From contig CM060731.1 in NCBI GenBank assembly GCA_030704615.1, forward strand, positions 32,054,001 to 32,118,000: a stretch of 64,000 nucleotides of DNA, given 5' to 3'. Every line of letters begins with the position of its first letter. Within the stretch, counting starts at the first letter, position 1. The position numbers and the translations under genes are program-made. Below are positions 38,682 to 50,090 of the stretch, piece by piece. The stretch is from Takakia lepidozioides (lineage: Eukaryota > Plantae > Bryophyta). Under the pieces are notes generated by a model. It saw nothing but the letters and a program-made list of their open reading frames with translations. It did no database searches and was not told the origin of the DNA.

Positions 38682-39947
38682 AAAACCTAGTTGTTGGTGC
38701 TTAAGGAAAAAGGGAAATTGAACTGAAAAAATTGGTGCTCCTGGATGAGAATTGGCTGATGGTGGATGAAGGTTGACATTATTGGGTCCATCCATCACAA
38801 TCGGCTCTACTGATAAAAATTGGTTCTCTTGGATGACATTCGGTCGTTGCCAACTTGCCAGGCGAAAGATCAGGTTTAGCCTAACAAGCCAAATGGACCG
38901 GCTAAACGCTGTTTTGAGTTTAGCCAGAGCAGTCGACGTGGCCAGCTTCTGCTTGGCTGGAAGGCTCACACGCCGCTCTCGCTGGTATCCTACTAAGTTA
39001 TACGCCTCCCTACGATGTCACCAGTTGATCTCTTTGTCTTCGTCTTCGTCTTGTCTTGGCTGGAGAACTGTGAGGGGATTCTCAGATTTTTAGTTAAGCA
39101 GGTGAAGGAGAGGCGGAGGGACAAGACAGAAGTGAAATAAGAGTCGTAGAAGGAGAAAACAAGTCTCCAAACCCAGGCACGAGACTAGACAATGCTCAGT
39201 ACTTTCAAAAGAACCAGAACAGAGAGGACTATCACTAGAATCAGAGCATCCAAGAAATGCTTGTGCAAGCAGGATTCTATGCATTGGAAAATTTTCCAGA
39301 GAAAGAAACCACTAATGTTTGGCAGGCCTGTCCTTCCTCCATACATCCTGTCAAATCAGGTTCTTTCAAGTTAACCAGAGATCTGTCTCTTTCTCTTGTT
39401 GTTTAAAAGAGAAAGAGATAGATGGCATAAACGTGGAGTATCCAATTTGGGCAGCGAAGAAGCGAGAGCGGGAGCGAATCATCCACGACCATTATATATT
39501 CCCCTGGGTCGAATTGCAGCCTAGCAAGAGGGATAGAAAGAAACCAGGAGAGGTGTTGCGGGGTGAGAGGATTGGTTGCCCCCGATGAGATCAGATCAAT
39601 CACATGGATTGCAATGACCTGGAATTTTGGAACCTGGAGATTACCTCTGGCCAGTAGCTCACCCGAAACCAGAGAAGCCAATGCTAGAAAGCCCGTCTCC
39701 CAAATGCGAGCCAAATGAAAGAGACCCATTGCGTCCTCCTCTCACAATGTAATTAAGGGGCCTGATTTGTGAGAGTCGCTCCCAGGTGTCTCCCTAACTT
39801 TATAAATAAATAAATAGAAAGAATAATAAAAATAAAAGTTAGTGTAACGGCTTAAGATAAATATATTTAACTCATTACACTAATTAGAAAGTATTATCAT
39901 GAAAGGAATTGAGAATTTTCAGCTATCGTTGAATTCATTTTGGTTTG

Positions 39948-40122
39948 GGCCGTCGGATATGGTGAGATCCGATTGAACCGTCAATCCTCCCAACTAGTGC
40001 GGATTGAGGTATTCCTTGGTTTGGACCGTCGGATAGGGTTGAGTTCAATCGAACCGTCGATTCTTCCACTCCCACCTCGTGCGGATGGAGGTGCTCGCGT
40101 TGGGAGTTGGAGTTATATAGCT
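39948..40122 (+). promoter_or_regulatory. Putative promoter of the AP2-like gene: four CCGTC(G/A) motifs and a TATA-like box
   Basis: GCCGTCGGAT, AACCGTCAAT, GACCGTCGGAT and AACCGTCGAT, then TTATATAG at ~40114. Confidence 0.45.
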
Positions 40123-40785
40123 ACAACTCGAGCATTGAAGCTTCGTGGAGCTCTGAGGTCTCTCTGAGGCCGAAGGCGTTGAGAGGGGCGCTGTTGTGAA
40201 GAAACCTAACAGTTCATGATTGCAAAGTGGGTATGACCCTGAGAGTACATAGCAGGAGAGAAGAAAAGATTGACAGACCCTCCGCCCATCGTCTCGCTGC
40301 ATTTCTTTTTTCCAGCTATAGTGAGCAGGAGAAGAAGGACAGACTATCTTCTCACTGCCTCTCCTTGACTTTTCCAGATACAGAATGATTCCCTCTTTTG
40401 ATCATGTAATATACTAGTTAGTTAACTGTTATCCTGAAACTGTGCAATTTGTATTTTATTTGGTTGCTGTTTTGAGCCGCTGAAACATCTGTGTGTAATT
40501 AGTGTGTTTTAGGAAGTTATTGCAGGCTGTGGCTGTGGTGGATGTCGTTAGAGGATGGCAGTTGTTTTCTGCTTCTTCTTCTAAGTGGCTCAGTACTATT
40601 GTCGGCATTAGGTTGTTCTTCTTAGACAAACCATGAAATTAGTGAATATTGTTAAGGTTATTTGCTGCAGGTGTTTATAAGCTACTTGGGAGGGTTAGCT
40701 TCTTCCTGTAAGCTGGATTGTGTTAAAAACCATGGTTTCTTTGATACACCTAGTGTTGGTTTTCGTGCAGAATCCAAATTACAAG

Positions 40786-43063
40786 ATGTCCAACACACAT
40801 CACGGGGGATCAGGGCTGAAGCTAGAAATGGACATACCACAGGCCACGTCAGCTTCCAATGGAAATGCTTGTAACATTCGTGCACCAGCCTATGATGATC
40901 CAGTTGCCTGTGTCAATACTCGAAGTAGTACCTACGACTACGTGCAAGTGAAGGATGAGAAGACTGATTTTTCCCTTTCAAGATATGCCAGTCCGCCTCG
41001 GGTTCAAGGTCGCGAAGTAAAGAAGGCAACTGACTTCAAGGGGGTGTTCAGGTGGTGCACAATATAGTAGCTGCTATGCTACTATTGATTGCAAGTCCTG
41101 TGCAGCACAAGCAAGTTTCAAGATCTCAACAACTTGAATTTGGTAATTCTGCTTAATCAATTAAATGGGATATTTTGTTCTGATCCGTCATCTTTGATGC
41201 AGTCGTTATAATGGAAAGGAAAGACTTTTCGTGGCCTACTATAATCCGTTGGACCGGCCTACTTTCACGGCCTGCTATAATCCGAAAAGGGGAGATATCT
41301 TGCTAGGTAACGTTTCATGACCAACATCTAGCATTGAGGACAGTCCTAATCTAATCTCAATTTAACCAACATGAATTTGAAGTTGAAGTAGTTTCTTCGA
41401 TGCACATTAGAACTCCCACAGAACTTCAATGTACCAGTTGACATAGTCAGAATATCATTTATCTCGTTCATCCTCAGAGCTCTCAATATTTAGATCTACG
41501 AGATATTCAAAGAAACTCATGGATTCAAGTACAATCCATCACAAGTAGAGATATACCCTTTATAGAGCTCTCAAAACTAAAGGAAACAAATCCATAAGTT
41601 GTAAAGATGCACGCTTACTTACATCAGCTGAAGTTGCTTGGATGTTTTTTTGTCTCTGTAGGGGAGTTTGAAACGGAAGAAGAAGCTGCTGATGCCTATA
41701 ATCTCATGACGTTGAGGCATAAGGGAAGGCTGGACAAACAGATTGATACGGAACTCTACCCTGTATGCCCTCTCCAACGCAAACTATAGTTACTGGAGTA
41801 CTGGAGCCCATATAATTTCCATTTACTCGAAACTTGAATGGCATTGAGGTTAAATTTAAGCCTTGCTGTTTCTTGCTAACGGTTACACTTGGTTTCTAAC
41901 TTTCGTAGGTCACAAAGTATGAACAGGACATGGCAAAGTGGAGTGGGCGACACATCATGGACCTCATCTGTCATTTGAGGAACAGGTACAAATTAGCTAT
42001 TATGATTTCAAGTCTTCCTTTCCAAGTAGTGGGTTGCTGAATTATTCATACAAATGAACAAGAACTCACTATTCTTCTGCAAGGTGATGAGACTTAAATG
42101 TCAAACCTTGCATGAGTGAGGCATGAGTAATTGAGTGTCAAGTTCATAGAGTGATACTCAAATGATCCAAACATGCGTTAAACAATTGGTTGAATTTGTT
42201 TTTGCACGATTAACAGGATCAGGTGCTCGCCTGATGGGAAGATGCGGAACTTCTGGCATGTACAAGCGTAAGTCAATATCTGGTGACACATCCCACATTG
42301 GGATTTCTTGTCATGTTAGCAAAACATGCTGCATGTCTTTAAACATGTTTGCTGCAGATCTGCTGTTAAATGTCTAGGAAATTATAATGAATGCACAAAG
42401 ATATGTTATGAAAGTAAAGGTCATTGCAACTATCCTGGATGAAGGCGGACACCAGCCAGAGCTATTCTCAATCTCTGTACCTGCCTCCTGCTGCAAGGTG
42501 GAGTTGGCTGTTCGATTCGAAACAGTGTCTCTAGTTAAATTACAAACAATTACTGATCCGCTGATCTTGAAGTCTATTACAATGCAGGCGTGCCGCGAAG
42601 AAGGGGATAAGATGGGGAACCGAAGTCACTTCCACTGACAAAGATGGAAAAAGGATCAGAGCTGGGAAAAGTGTAACATTCGGTAAGCATTATACGTACA
42701 TGGGTAATGATGGGTTTAAAAAAGTCATGATGTCAAGTCCTCTAATTGATGCTGCCATTAATATGGCTTCTCCAGAAGTAACAGTGAGGATCAGTTAAAG
42801 ACTGATGTGTCTTCCTTGCATGATTCGTGCGAGCATTTGCAGACAGTTTGTAGTACCAACATTGACTCTTTGATCTATGGAATTTCTTGGCAGATAATGC
42901 TGAAGAGGCAGCAAAGTATGCTGACAAAGTAGCATGCGAGGCTGACGGCTTTGATGCTGTGACAAATTTTGCTCCGAGTACGTACTTCCCAAATATGCCA
43001 GCAGACTATTGGCCAGCTCCCTTCAAGAGCCCCAGGACTGGTTTGTCATTCAAGAGGGGGTAA
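40786..43063 (+). CDS. Highly divergent double-AP2 (ANT/WRI-lineage-like) transcription factor, 7 exons, ~287 aa
   Basis: Exons 40786-41051, 41203-41306, 41662-41762, 41909-41985, 42217-42267, 42588-42682 and 42894-43063 splice (all GT-AG) into an open 864-nt frame: ...DFKGVFS|RYNGKERLFVAYY...DILL|GEFETEEEAADAYNLMTLRHKG...LYP|VTKYEQDMAKW...LICHLRNR|IRCSPDGKMRNFWHVQA|RAAKKGIRWG...VTF|DNAEEAAKYADKVACEADGFDAVTNFAPSTY. The 3' end is uncertain (possible donor at 43041). Confidence 0.8.
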
Positions 43064-43190
43064 CAAAACCCCCTTTCTGAGCCATGGAGGCATTACAGGG
43101 GCAGAGCCCCAGCCCCAAGGCAGAGAGACAGATTCCGGGATTTGAACCCCAGACCACATGCCAATACACCTTACCACCGGGCCACAGCCC
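43050..43190 (-). mobile_element. tRNA-derived SINE-like element
   Basis: A-box TGGCCCGGTGG (43184-43174), B-box GGTTCAAATCC (43148-43138), GC hairpins GGGGCAGAGCCCC and AGGGGGT-N6-ACCCCCT. Confidence 0.55.
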
Positions 43191-43946
43191 TGTTGTGTAC
43201 AATTACAAATTTTTGTCTTTTGTTGCCCACATATTTCATACACAGTATCATGACCATCAGATCATCATGTATGTTATGTATTACATGTCTTTTTTCAATG
43301 ATTGTGTATGTTATTATTTACATTCTTGTCGCAGGAATTCAGACTATCTTTATCACAAATTGTCATACATTTTCATCTTTCTTCAGACATATTTATCCAC
43401 ATAGTATTTCATGCATAATATGTCAGATTGTTGCTGCTTGTTTTTAAGGGAATTTTTCACATTTGTTTAATATAAATTAAAGGCATTTATTTTTTTGAAA
43501 AAAAGAAAAACACTTTGTTGCAGTGTGAAAGCTTGATACTATTGCATTTTTACCATAAATTTTCACATATTTTTTTTGACTTCATTTGACATCATTTATA
43601 TACAATTCACTCTCAGGGACTACTAAGTTAGGGGACAACTATTTGAGCTTAGTTGAGCTCAAGTATTGTCGGGTACCATTATCGCGGTTTTCAATAATTG
43701 TTTCAAGACATTGAAATAATGCTGCTATGCTCGTAAAATGGCAAATTAGAAAAATACAGATATATTCATAGGGATAAATTATCCTGATCTACGATCTTAG
43801 GGTCATGAGTGTCCTTGGTCCTGCTTAACAATTCCAGGATTTGTTTTTTAAATTTAATAAACAGGGAACAGAGGCCCAGGAAGCTTTAGTTGGAATTATT
43901 TTAGGGGAAAACATCTAGGAAATTACTCAATATGATTTGTACTTAC

Positions 43947-44617
43947 CAGCGTTGGTATGGTATCTGGTATGGTATCTGGGTTTCGCCAGGCATCAACCCG
44001 GGTCTCTCCGAACCTAACCTACTGTTCTCTATTCCATGTAAACATTTGTCCCAAACCCTAACAGGCGGCGGATCTCCTTTCACCGTCCCCTACCAGAGCT
44101 CGACTCGTTGCTGGAGGTCTGTTGGGGTATCATGGGTTAAGATGCACATATAGACATTATGGATGCAGGGTTTCATGTGTTTATGAGCGTCTCTTTATGA
44201 TCTTCATTTGCAAGACACTATGGATACAATTGATTCAGTGTATAATTGTATGGGGGGTTGGGATCCTATGAGATGAGGAGGTTTCCTTGTGGTTTTCTTG
44301 AATATTCAAATGGCTATTTAAATAGTTCAGATGGCCATTTCAATATTGAATTTGAATTTGAATTTGAATTCCAGTACCATTTTTATTCTATTATTTTTTA
44401 ATACCATATCCGAGTTCATATTTCTAGGTTATTAACATTCAGATATCATTGCTCATATCCGGATTGATTTTTTTCAAAAACCACTATGTGCATACCAGAT
44501 GCATACTTTAAAAAATCAGGGGCTGCGTTATTGGAAAACCTACCTGCCTTAAGAAATTCAGCACGGCATACCAGGGCCCTTCTGGTATTTCCAATTCAAG
44601 ATACCAGACCAACACTG
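43947..44617. mobile_element. hAT-type non-autonomous element (671 bp)
   Basis: TIR CAGCGTTGGTATGGTATC / GATACCAGACCAACACTG; 8-bp TSD GTACTTAC (43939-43946, 44618-44625). Confidence 0.9.
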
Positions 44618-45251
44618 GTACTTACCATCTCCCTTTTATTGTATTTTTAAGCCAAAAAACGTGGGACCCCCAAAACCCGAAAGGCCCTCCGGGTCTGAGT
44701 CTGGAGGGTCGAAGAGCCCGGCCCGTTGATCACAGGTATGAACGCCGGGTCCAACTCACCCATGTCTCTTTCGATCCACGTGTCTATTTTTCCCGGGTGT
44801 ATAAACTATAAACCTTGATACCCGGACGCTGGTCGAGACCCGCCAGATAATGATAGAAACCGCAAGATACATTTCAGATATTTTAATATTCATCATTTTG
44901 TTATATTGAATTACCTCCGTGTTGGTAGTTTTAGGAATTTTTTGGTATCCCCAATACATACATTAATAATACAAAGGGCCAAAAAGTATGGAGCGTCGGT
45001 TTACTCTATCTAGTGCGAGGGCCGTCGATCTGGGGTCAAGTCCGTCGATCTCCTGCGGGTGGCTCAAGTCCTCGGGGGCAAGGAATGTGCGGTGCCAACA
45101 CAAAAGCGCAGAGTGCGAGCGCGCGCGTGTGTGAAGGTACTTACGTGCGTGTGCTGCCGACTGTGCGTGCACATCGTCTGTGGCAGGGCTGCACCTGCAG
45201 TCTGGGACCGTCCTCCGCGTTTCTCCACACACACTAGGACTACAAGGCGTG

Positions 45252-46135
45252 ATGCGGATGATCTGGTGGGATACCTGGAGGGGTCGGAGGGTCTTCCCTG
45301 CAGATGTGGTGTTCGCGGGGCCACCTCTCTCCAAGGGGGTGGAAAGGTAGCTCACCTATTAACCGAGTCATAGTTGGTGATCCAAATAAGATTGACTTTT
45401 GCGATGATGTTTCACAATATGCATTGCAATTTGAGTTTGCTTTCGTCTTTAGAATCTACAATCTTATATTGTTCTACTCTTCTCTATGATCTTTAATGCA
45501 GGCAATTCAACGGAAAGGAAAACGTCTTTGTCGCCAACTATTTCCATCCAGAACGAAAGGGACGAATCTTCCTAGGTAAGATGTGCACTAAGTGACCGGC
45601 ATGAGCATCTTATAGCATTAACGCTCATTATGTAATGAGCTCGAAAGCAACTTTGATGCCCCACTACATGAGTGCCAAGCTGTCCAGAACCTTTTCCTCA
45701 GAAAACTCAGACAAACACAGCATTAAGCTTCCGCTAGCTCCTGTAACTTCTGCTAACTCTACAGGCCAGCTCGCTGACTGATCCCTTTCCTTGTCATTCA
45801 GCTGCTTGTTCACTGCAACCCATCCCACATGTTAGGTACGTGCTCTTACCTGTACATTTATGTTGTACAGGGGAGTTTCCAACGGAAGAAAAAGCAGCTG
45901 ATGCTTACAACCTTATGTCTCTGCTGAATAAGGGGAGGCTGGACTTCGATATTGACACGGGACTCTATCCTGTATGTCCTCTGGATCTCAGTATTTAGCT
46001 ACCGTGTAGCACTATTCCAGTTGCGACTTAAGGCCATATCATTGTTCTGAAAACAAGGAAATGTGCACTACTCATCCGGTGGGAAATGTAAAGCCTTGAT
46101 ACTGGGTATTTCGATTTTGTAGGTCACAACCTACC
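45252..46135 (+). pseudogene. Truncated tandem paralog of the divergent AP2 gene (first AP2 repeat only)
   Basis: Exons ending 45346 (..SKGVER|), 45502-45575 (QFNGKENVFVANYFHPERKGRIFL|), 45871-45971 (GEFPTEEKAADAYNLMSLLNKGRLDFDIDTGLYP|) and from 46123 (VTTY). Same phases as copy 1, then abuts copia sequence. Start codon uncertain. Confidence 0.75.
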
Positions 46136-49100
46136 AAAGTAGAAGCATTTCTTCCTTGTGCAGAATATTGAAGAGCACTTGTCGCTGTACATTTCAGGTA
46201 CTGCTTGCCAATGTACTGGTCCCGGATTTGCGGAATGCTGAGACACTACCCCCACTGCAAACGCTAAATCAGGACGTGGTATAGACCATGGCATAGGTCA
46301 AAGAACCAACAGCTTGTTGATATGGTACATGACGCATGGCTTCCACTTCGTCAGATGTGTGAGGTGCTTGATCTTTGGAAAGTTTCAGATTGACCTCCAA
46401 AGGTGAAGCCACAGGTTTGCAATGAGTCATACCAAAGTGCTCAAGCTTAGCCTTGACATAATGAGCCTGAGTTAGGATCACCGAACCAGCTTGACGATCA
46501 CGAAGAACTTGTATGCCCAACAAGTAATGAACAGCTCCATGATCGGTCATCTCAAAGGCAGTCTGTAATTCACTCTTGGTACGAAGCATAAGTGAGACAT
46601 TGTCGCAAACCAAAATTGCATCATCCACATATAACGCAAGTATTAGAAATGAACCAGAATGTCATTACAATATGCTCCTATGCGATGAAAGCCCACTTGG
46701 AGAAGGTAAGAGTCAATCCTCTCGTACCATGCACGCGGAGCTTGTTTAAGTCCATATAGACTTCGAAGGAGACGACAGACTTGATGTTCATGGCCTGCCT
46801 TGACGAAGCCTTCTGGTTTACACATGTAGATCTCCTCTTTGAGGTGGCCATGTAAGAATGCCGTCTTGACATCTAGTTGGTCAACCTCCCAATTGTGAAT
46901 AGCCGCCAGTGCCAAAAGAACTCGAATGGATGTGATCTTGACCACAGGAGAAAATGTATCTATGTAGTCAAGACCTGCAACTTGAGAGTACCCTTTGGCT
47001 ACAAGTCGAGCTTTATAACACTCTACCGTGCCATCAAGATTCAACTTAAGTTTAAAAACCCACTTGCAGTTCACCGGCTTACGGCCCTCGGGTAGATCAA
47101 CTAACGCCCAAGTATCGTTCTTCATTAAGGACTGAAACTCAGAAGCAATGGCAGCTTGCCAATGTGGAGCATCATGCCTTGTGTGAGCTTCATGATAAGT
47201 CAAGGGTTCAGTCATCATACTAGACTTAGATGGACGCTCGTGAAAATGAAGATATTTGGGATTAGGTTTGAGTCTACGACCAAATCTGGTAACTTGTGGT
47301 TGAGTACCAAATGTAAAACCAAAGAGTGCAGGGAAAGGAGGACCAATGGTAGTTGGAAGTGCATTTGGGACAGAGGGCTGAAGCTCAGCAATAGGTAGTG
47401 TGTCATCAAAGAATAACGGATTATTATATGACATACGACGCTGTAATGGAGGCTCTGTAAGAGAGGAAGATCCAGCAGGATAGGTGGAGGCATTAGTGAG
47501 TGGTGGAGTATGTGGTAAAGCCACAAGCACAATAGGTGTGGCACATGGGGTGGAGGTGGAGGTGGAGGTGGAGGTGGTGCAAGTGGTACAACAGGTACAA
47601 CAGGTGGGAGGGGATGTAACGGTACAGAAATGTTCCCCACTGTTATAGTAGCCTGCTCCGGATCTGGAAGAGAAGAAGCTGACTCCCACTGAAGAGGCCC
47701 ATCGGATGTAAGAGAAGGTAGGTCTTCGTGGAAAACAACATCACGACTGATAACTATCTGTGGAGTTTGAAGATCAAATAGTCTGTATTCCTTAACGTCA
47801 GTGTGATAGCCTACAAATCGACACTTGCCACTTTTTGCATCTAACTTCTTCTTTTTCTCCTTGGGAATATAAGCATAGGCAATGCAACCAAAAATGCGTA
47901 AATGCGTAACATTGGGTTTGCGGCCTGTCCATATCTCTTCAGGAGCCCTATCGGCTACAACCTTGGTAATTAGTCTATTATGCAAATAGTTAGCAGTAGT
48001 AATAGCCTCACCCCAAATATTATTGGGCATACATGCTGCTTTCAACATACTCCTAGCTGACTCCACTAGAGTTCTACTTCTACGCTCAGCTACCCCATTT
48101 TGTTCAGATGTATAAGGAATTGTAAGCTGAAGTTTAATCCCATGTTGAGTTCAGTATAATTGAAAAGCTTTAGAAACAAACTCGGAGCCATTGTCACTCC
48201 GTAGGACTTTAAGTTGATGTTTAGTTTGATTTTTTGACATAACTTTGAAAGACTTAAAGTTGTGTAGGACTTCAGATTTTGCTTTTAGAAGGACAAGAAC
48301 ACAGTATCTTCTGTAATCATCGATGAAAGTAAGAAAGTATCTGGCTCCTCCACGAGATATGGTCTGCATCAGGCCACATACATCCGAATGGACAAGGGCC
48401 AAAAGTTCTGTTGTTCTGCTGCCCTCCTTTGGAAATTTGTGTCGTTGTTGTTTACCAAAGAGGCAGCCTTCACATAATTTTAATGGGTGCAATGGTATGT
48501 TGGTGAGTCCATCAACTACATGAAGCTTCTACATGAGCCGCAATTTCTCTAGGTTGGCATGACCATATCTATGATGCCAAATGGCTGAGTTGTTCAAACT
48601 TCTATTGGACACAGTCAAGGCCGCACATGGAGGTTCAAGTAACTTTTGTATGCTGCTTATAATCTCGGGGCCTGATGTGCCAACTTTATATAGACAATCG
48701 TGGGAAACCTCATTCAAGATGATCATTTGTCCACCAAAGCCCTCCAAGATGACTTGTTCCTTAGTGAAGGTGACTTTGTAACCGGCAACGACTACGCGAC
48801 TCACTGAGATTAAATTCTAACACAACGCTGGGACATGATATACGACTTGTATAAGCTTCACGTCGCCAGTCAAAAGTCTGATGGCAACATCTCCTTTGCC
48901 ATGGATTAAGTGGTGGGAATTGTCACCGAGGTAGACACTATCTTGCGGTGTGATATGTGCATAAGTCAAAAACCAATGTCTATGAGAAGTCATGTGATCA
49001 GTAGCTCCAGAATCCAAGAGCCAGTCAATGGAAATCTCCTTAACGGCAAACCCTCGAGATAACATAAATATCCTATGTTCTCGGGCGGCCTGTCCAGACT

Positions 49101-50090
49101 GAACTTTGGACGCCTTCTCGTCTGCTAGTAGCTTTCGGCACTCTTTTTTAATGTGCCCCCATCTTATGACAATAATGCCAGGTCCTTTCCTCCTCTTTCC
49201 ATATGGTGTATAGATTGAGGGTTGACTGAGAATGGGTGTGTTAATACCACTCCTCTAACCTTGGTTGACAGGATAATTATTTGATCCTCTTGGAGATCCA
49301 GTTATCTGCCTCTTCTGGTTTGGCTTCCTACCAGCCCAGAATGCCGTGACTCCATCTGTTGCAGATAAGTCATCATTCTTCCTTCTACGAATGTCGACAG
49401 TCAATAATGTGGCTGCAACATCTTGAAGGGATAATCCAAGTTGATTACTTAAGGTCATAATTATGGGCTCGTATGATTGAGGAAGACTACTTAAGAGTGT
49501 CTCTACGTTGTCTTCATATGAATATGTGACCCCCACTGACCCTAGTTGTTCTAAGAGGAGAGTAAATTCATGAATATGAATTTTAATGTCACTCCCTTCT
49601 CTCAAACTGTAATTGACATATTGCTTTCTAAGATGACACTTATTTATCATGTCATTTGTGTGATATACTCTTTGTAAAGCTACCCAATTCCCATTTGCTG
49701 TAAGTGAAGAGGTCGCATGACCGAGACAAGTGTTTTTAACACTATCTATGATTATCAATTGGGCTGTCCTATCTCTATCTTCCCAATGGGCGATGGAACC
49801 TACATTCTTTTTTTAAAAGATAGGATAATCTAATCTTCCAGGTTTGATAGTTAGAACCATCTAATTTCTCTACGGTTCTTTGATCAGACGAGGAGGATGC
49901 CATTGTGGCGCTGATTAGGATTTACTCTTCCTATAGAATTTTAGGACCCTATGTTTTTTGAAGACATTATACATTTTCTATGGTTCAAAAAACTCAATAG
50001 AATGTTAAGGTCAATTTGAAACAAGGAGTCCCATCCCATCGGATCGTTCTATATTATCTATAGAGGCCTGATACCATGTTAATATCTACA
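46130..50090 (-). mobile_element. Decayed Ty1/copia LTR retrotransposon, 3'-truncated
   Basis: PBS TGGTATCAGGCC (50076-50065) beside an LTR edge at 50077; gag; protease WLLDSGATDHM; integrase WHHRYGH..CEGC, LRSDNGSEF; RT YKARLVAKGYSQ, LDVKTAFLHG, LYGLKQAPRAW. Stops and frameshifts; RNaseH and 3' LTR missing. 5' LTR extends right of 50077, end not located. Confidence 0.93.

Noticed and set aside
38700-39780. Possible LINE ORF1 relic
   Set aside because: No diagnostic motif could be identified.
42162-42377. ORF-track frame GARLMGRCGTSGMYK as the AP2 linker
   Set aside because: Splice phases require the other frame (IRCSPDGKMRNFWHVQ), which joins the next exon without a stop.
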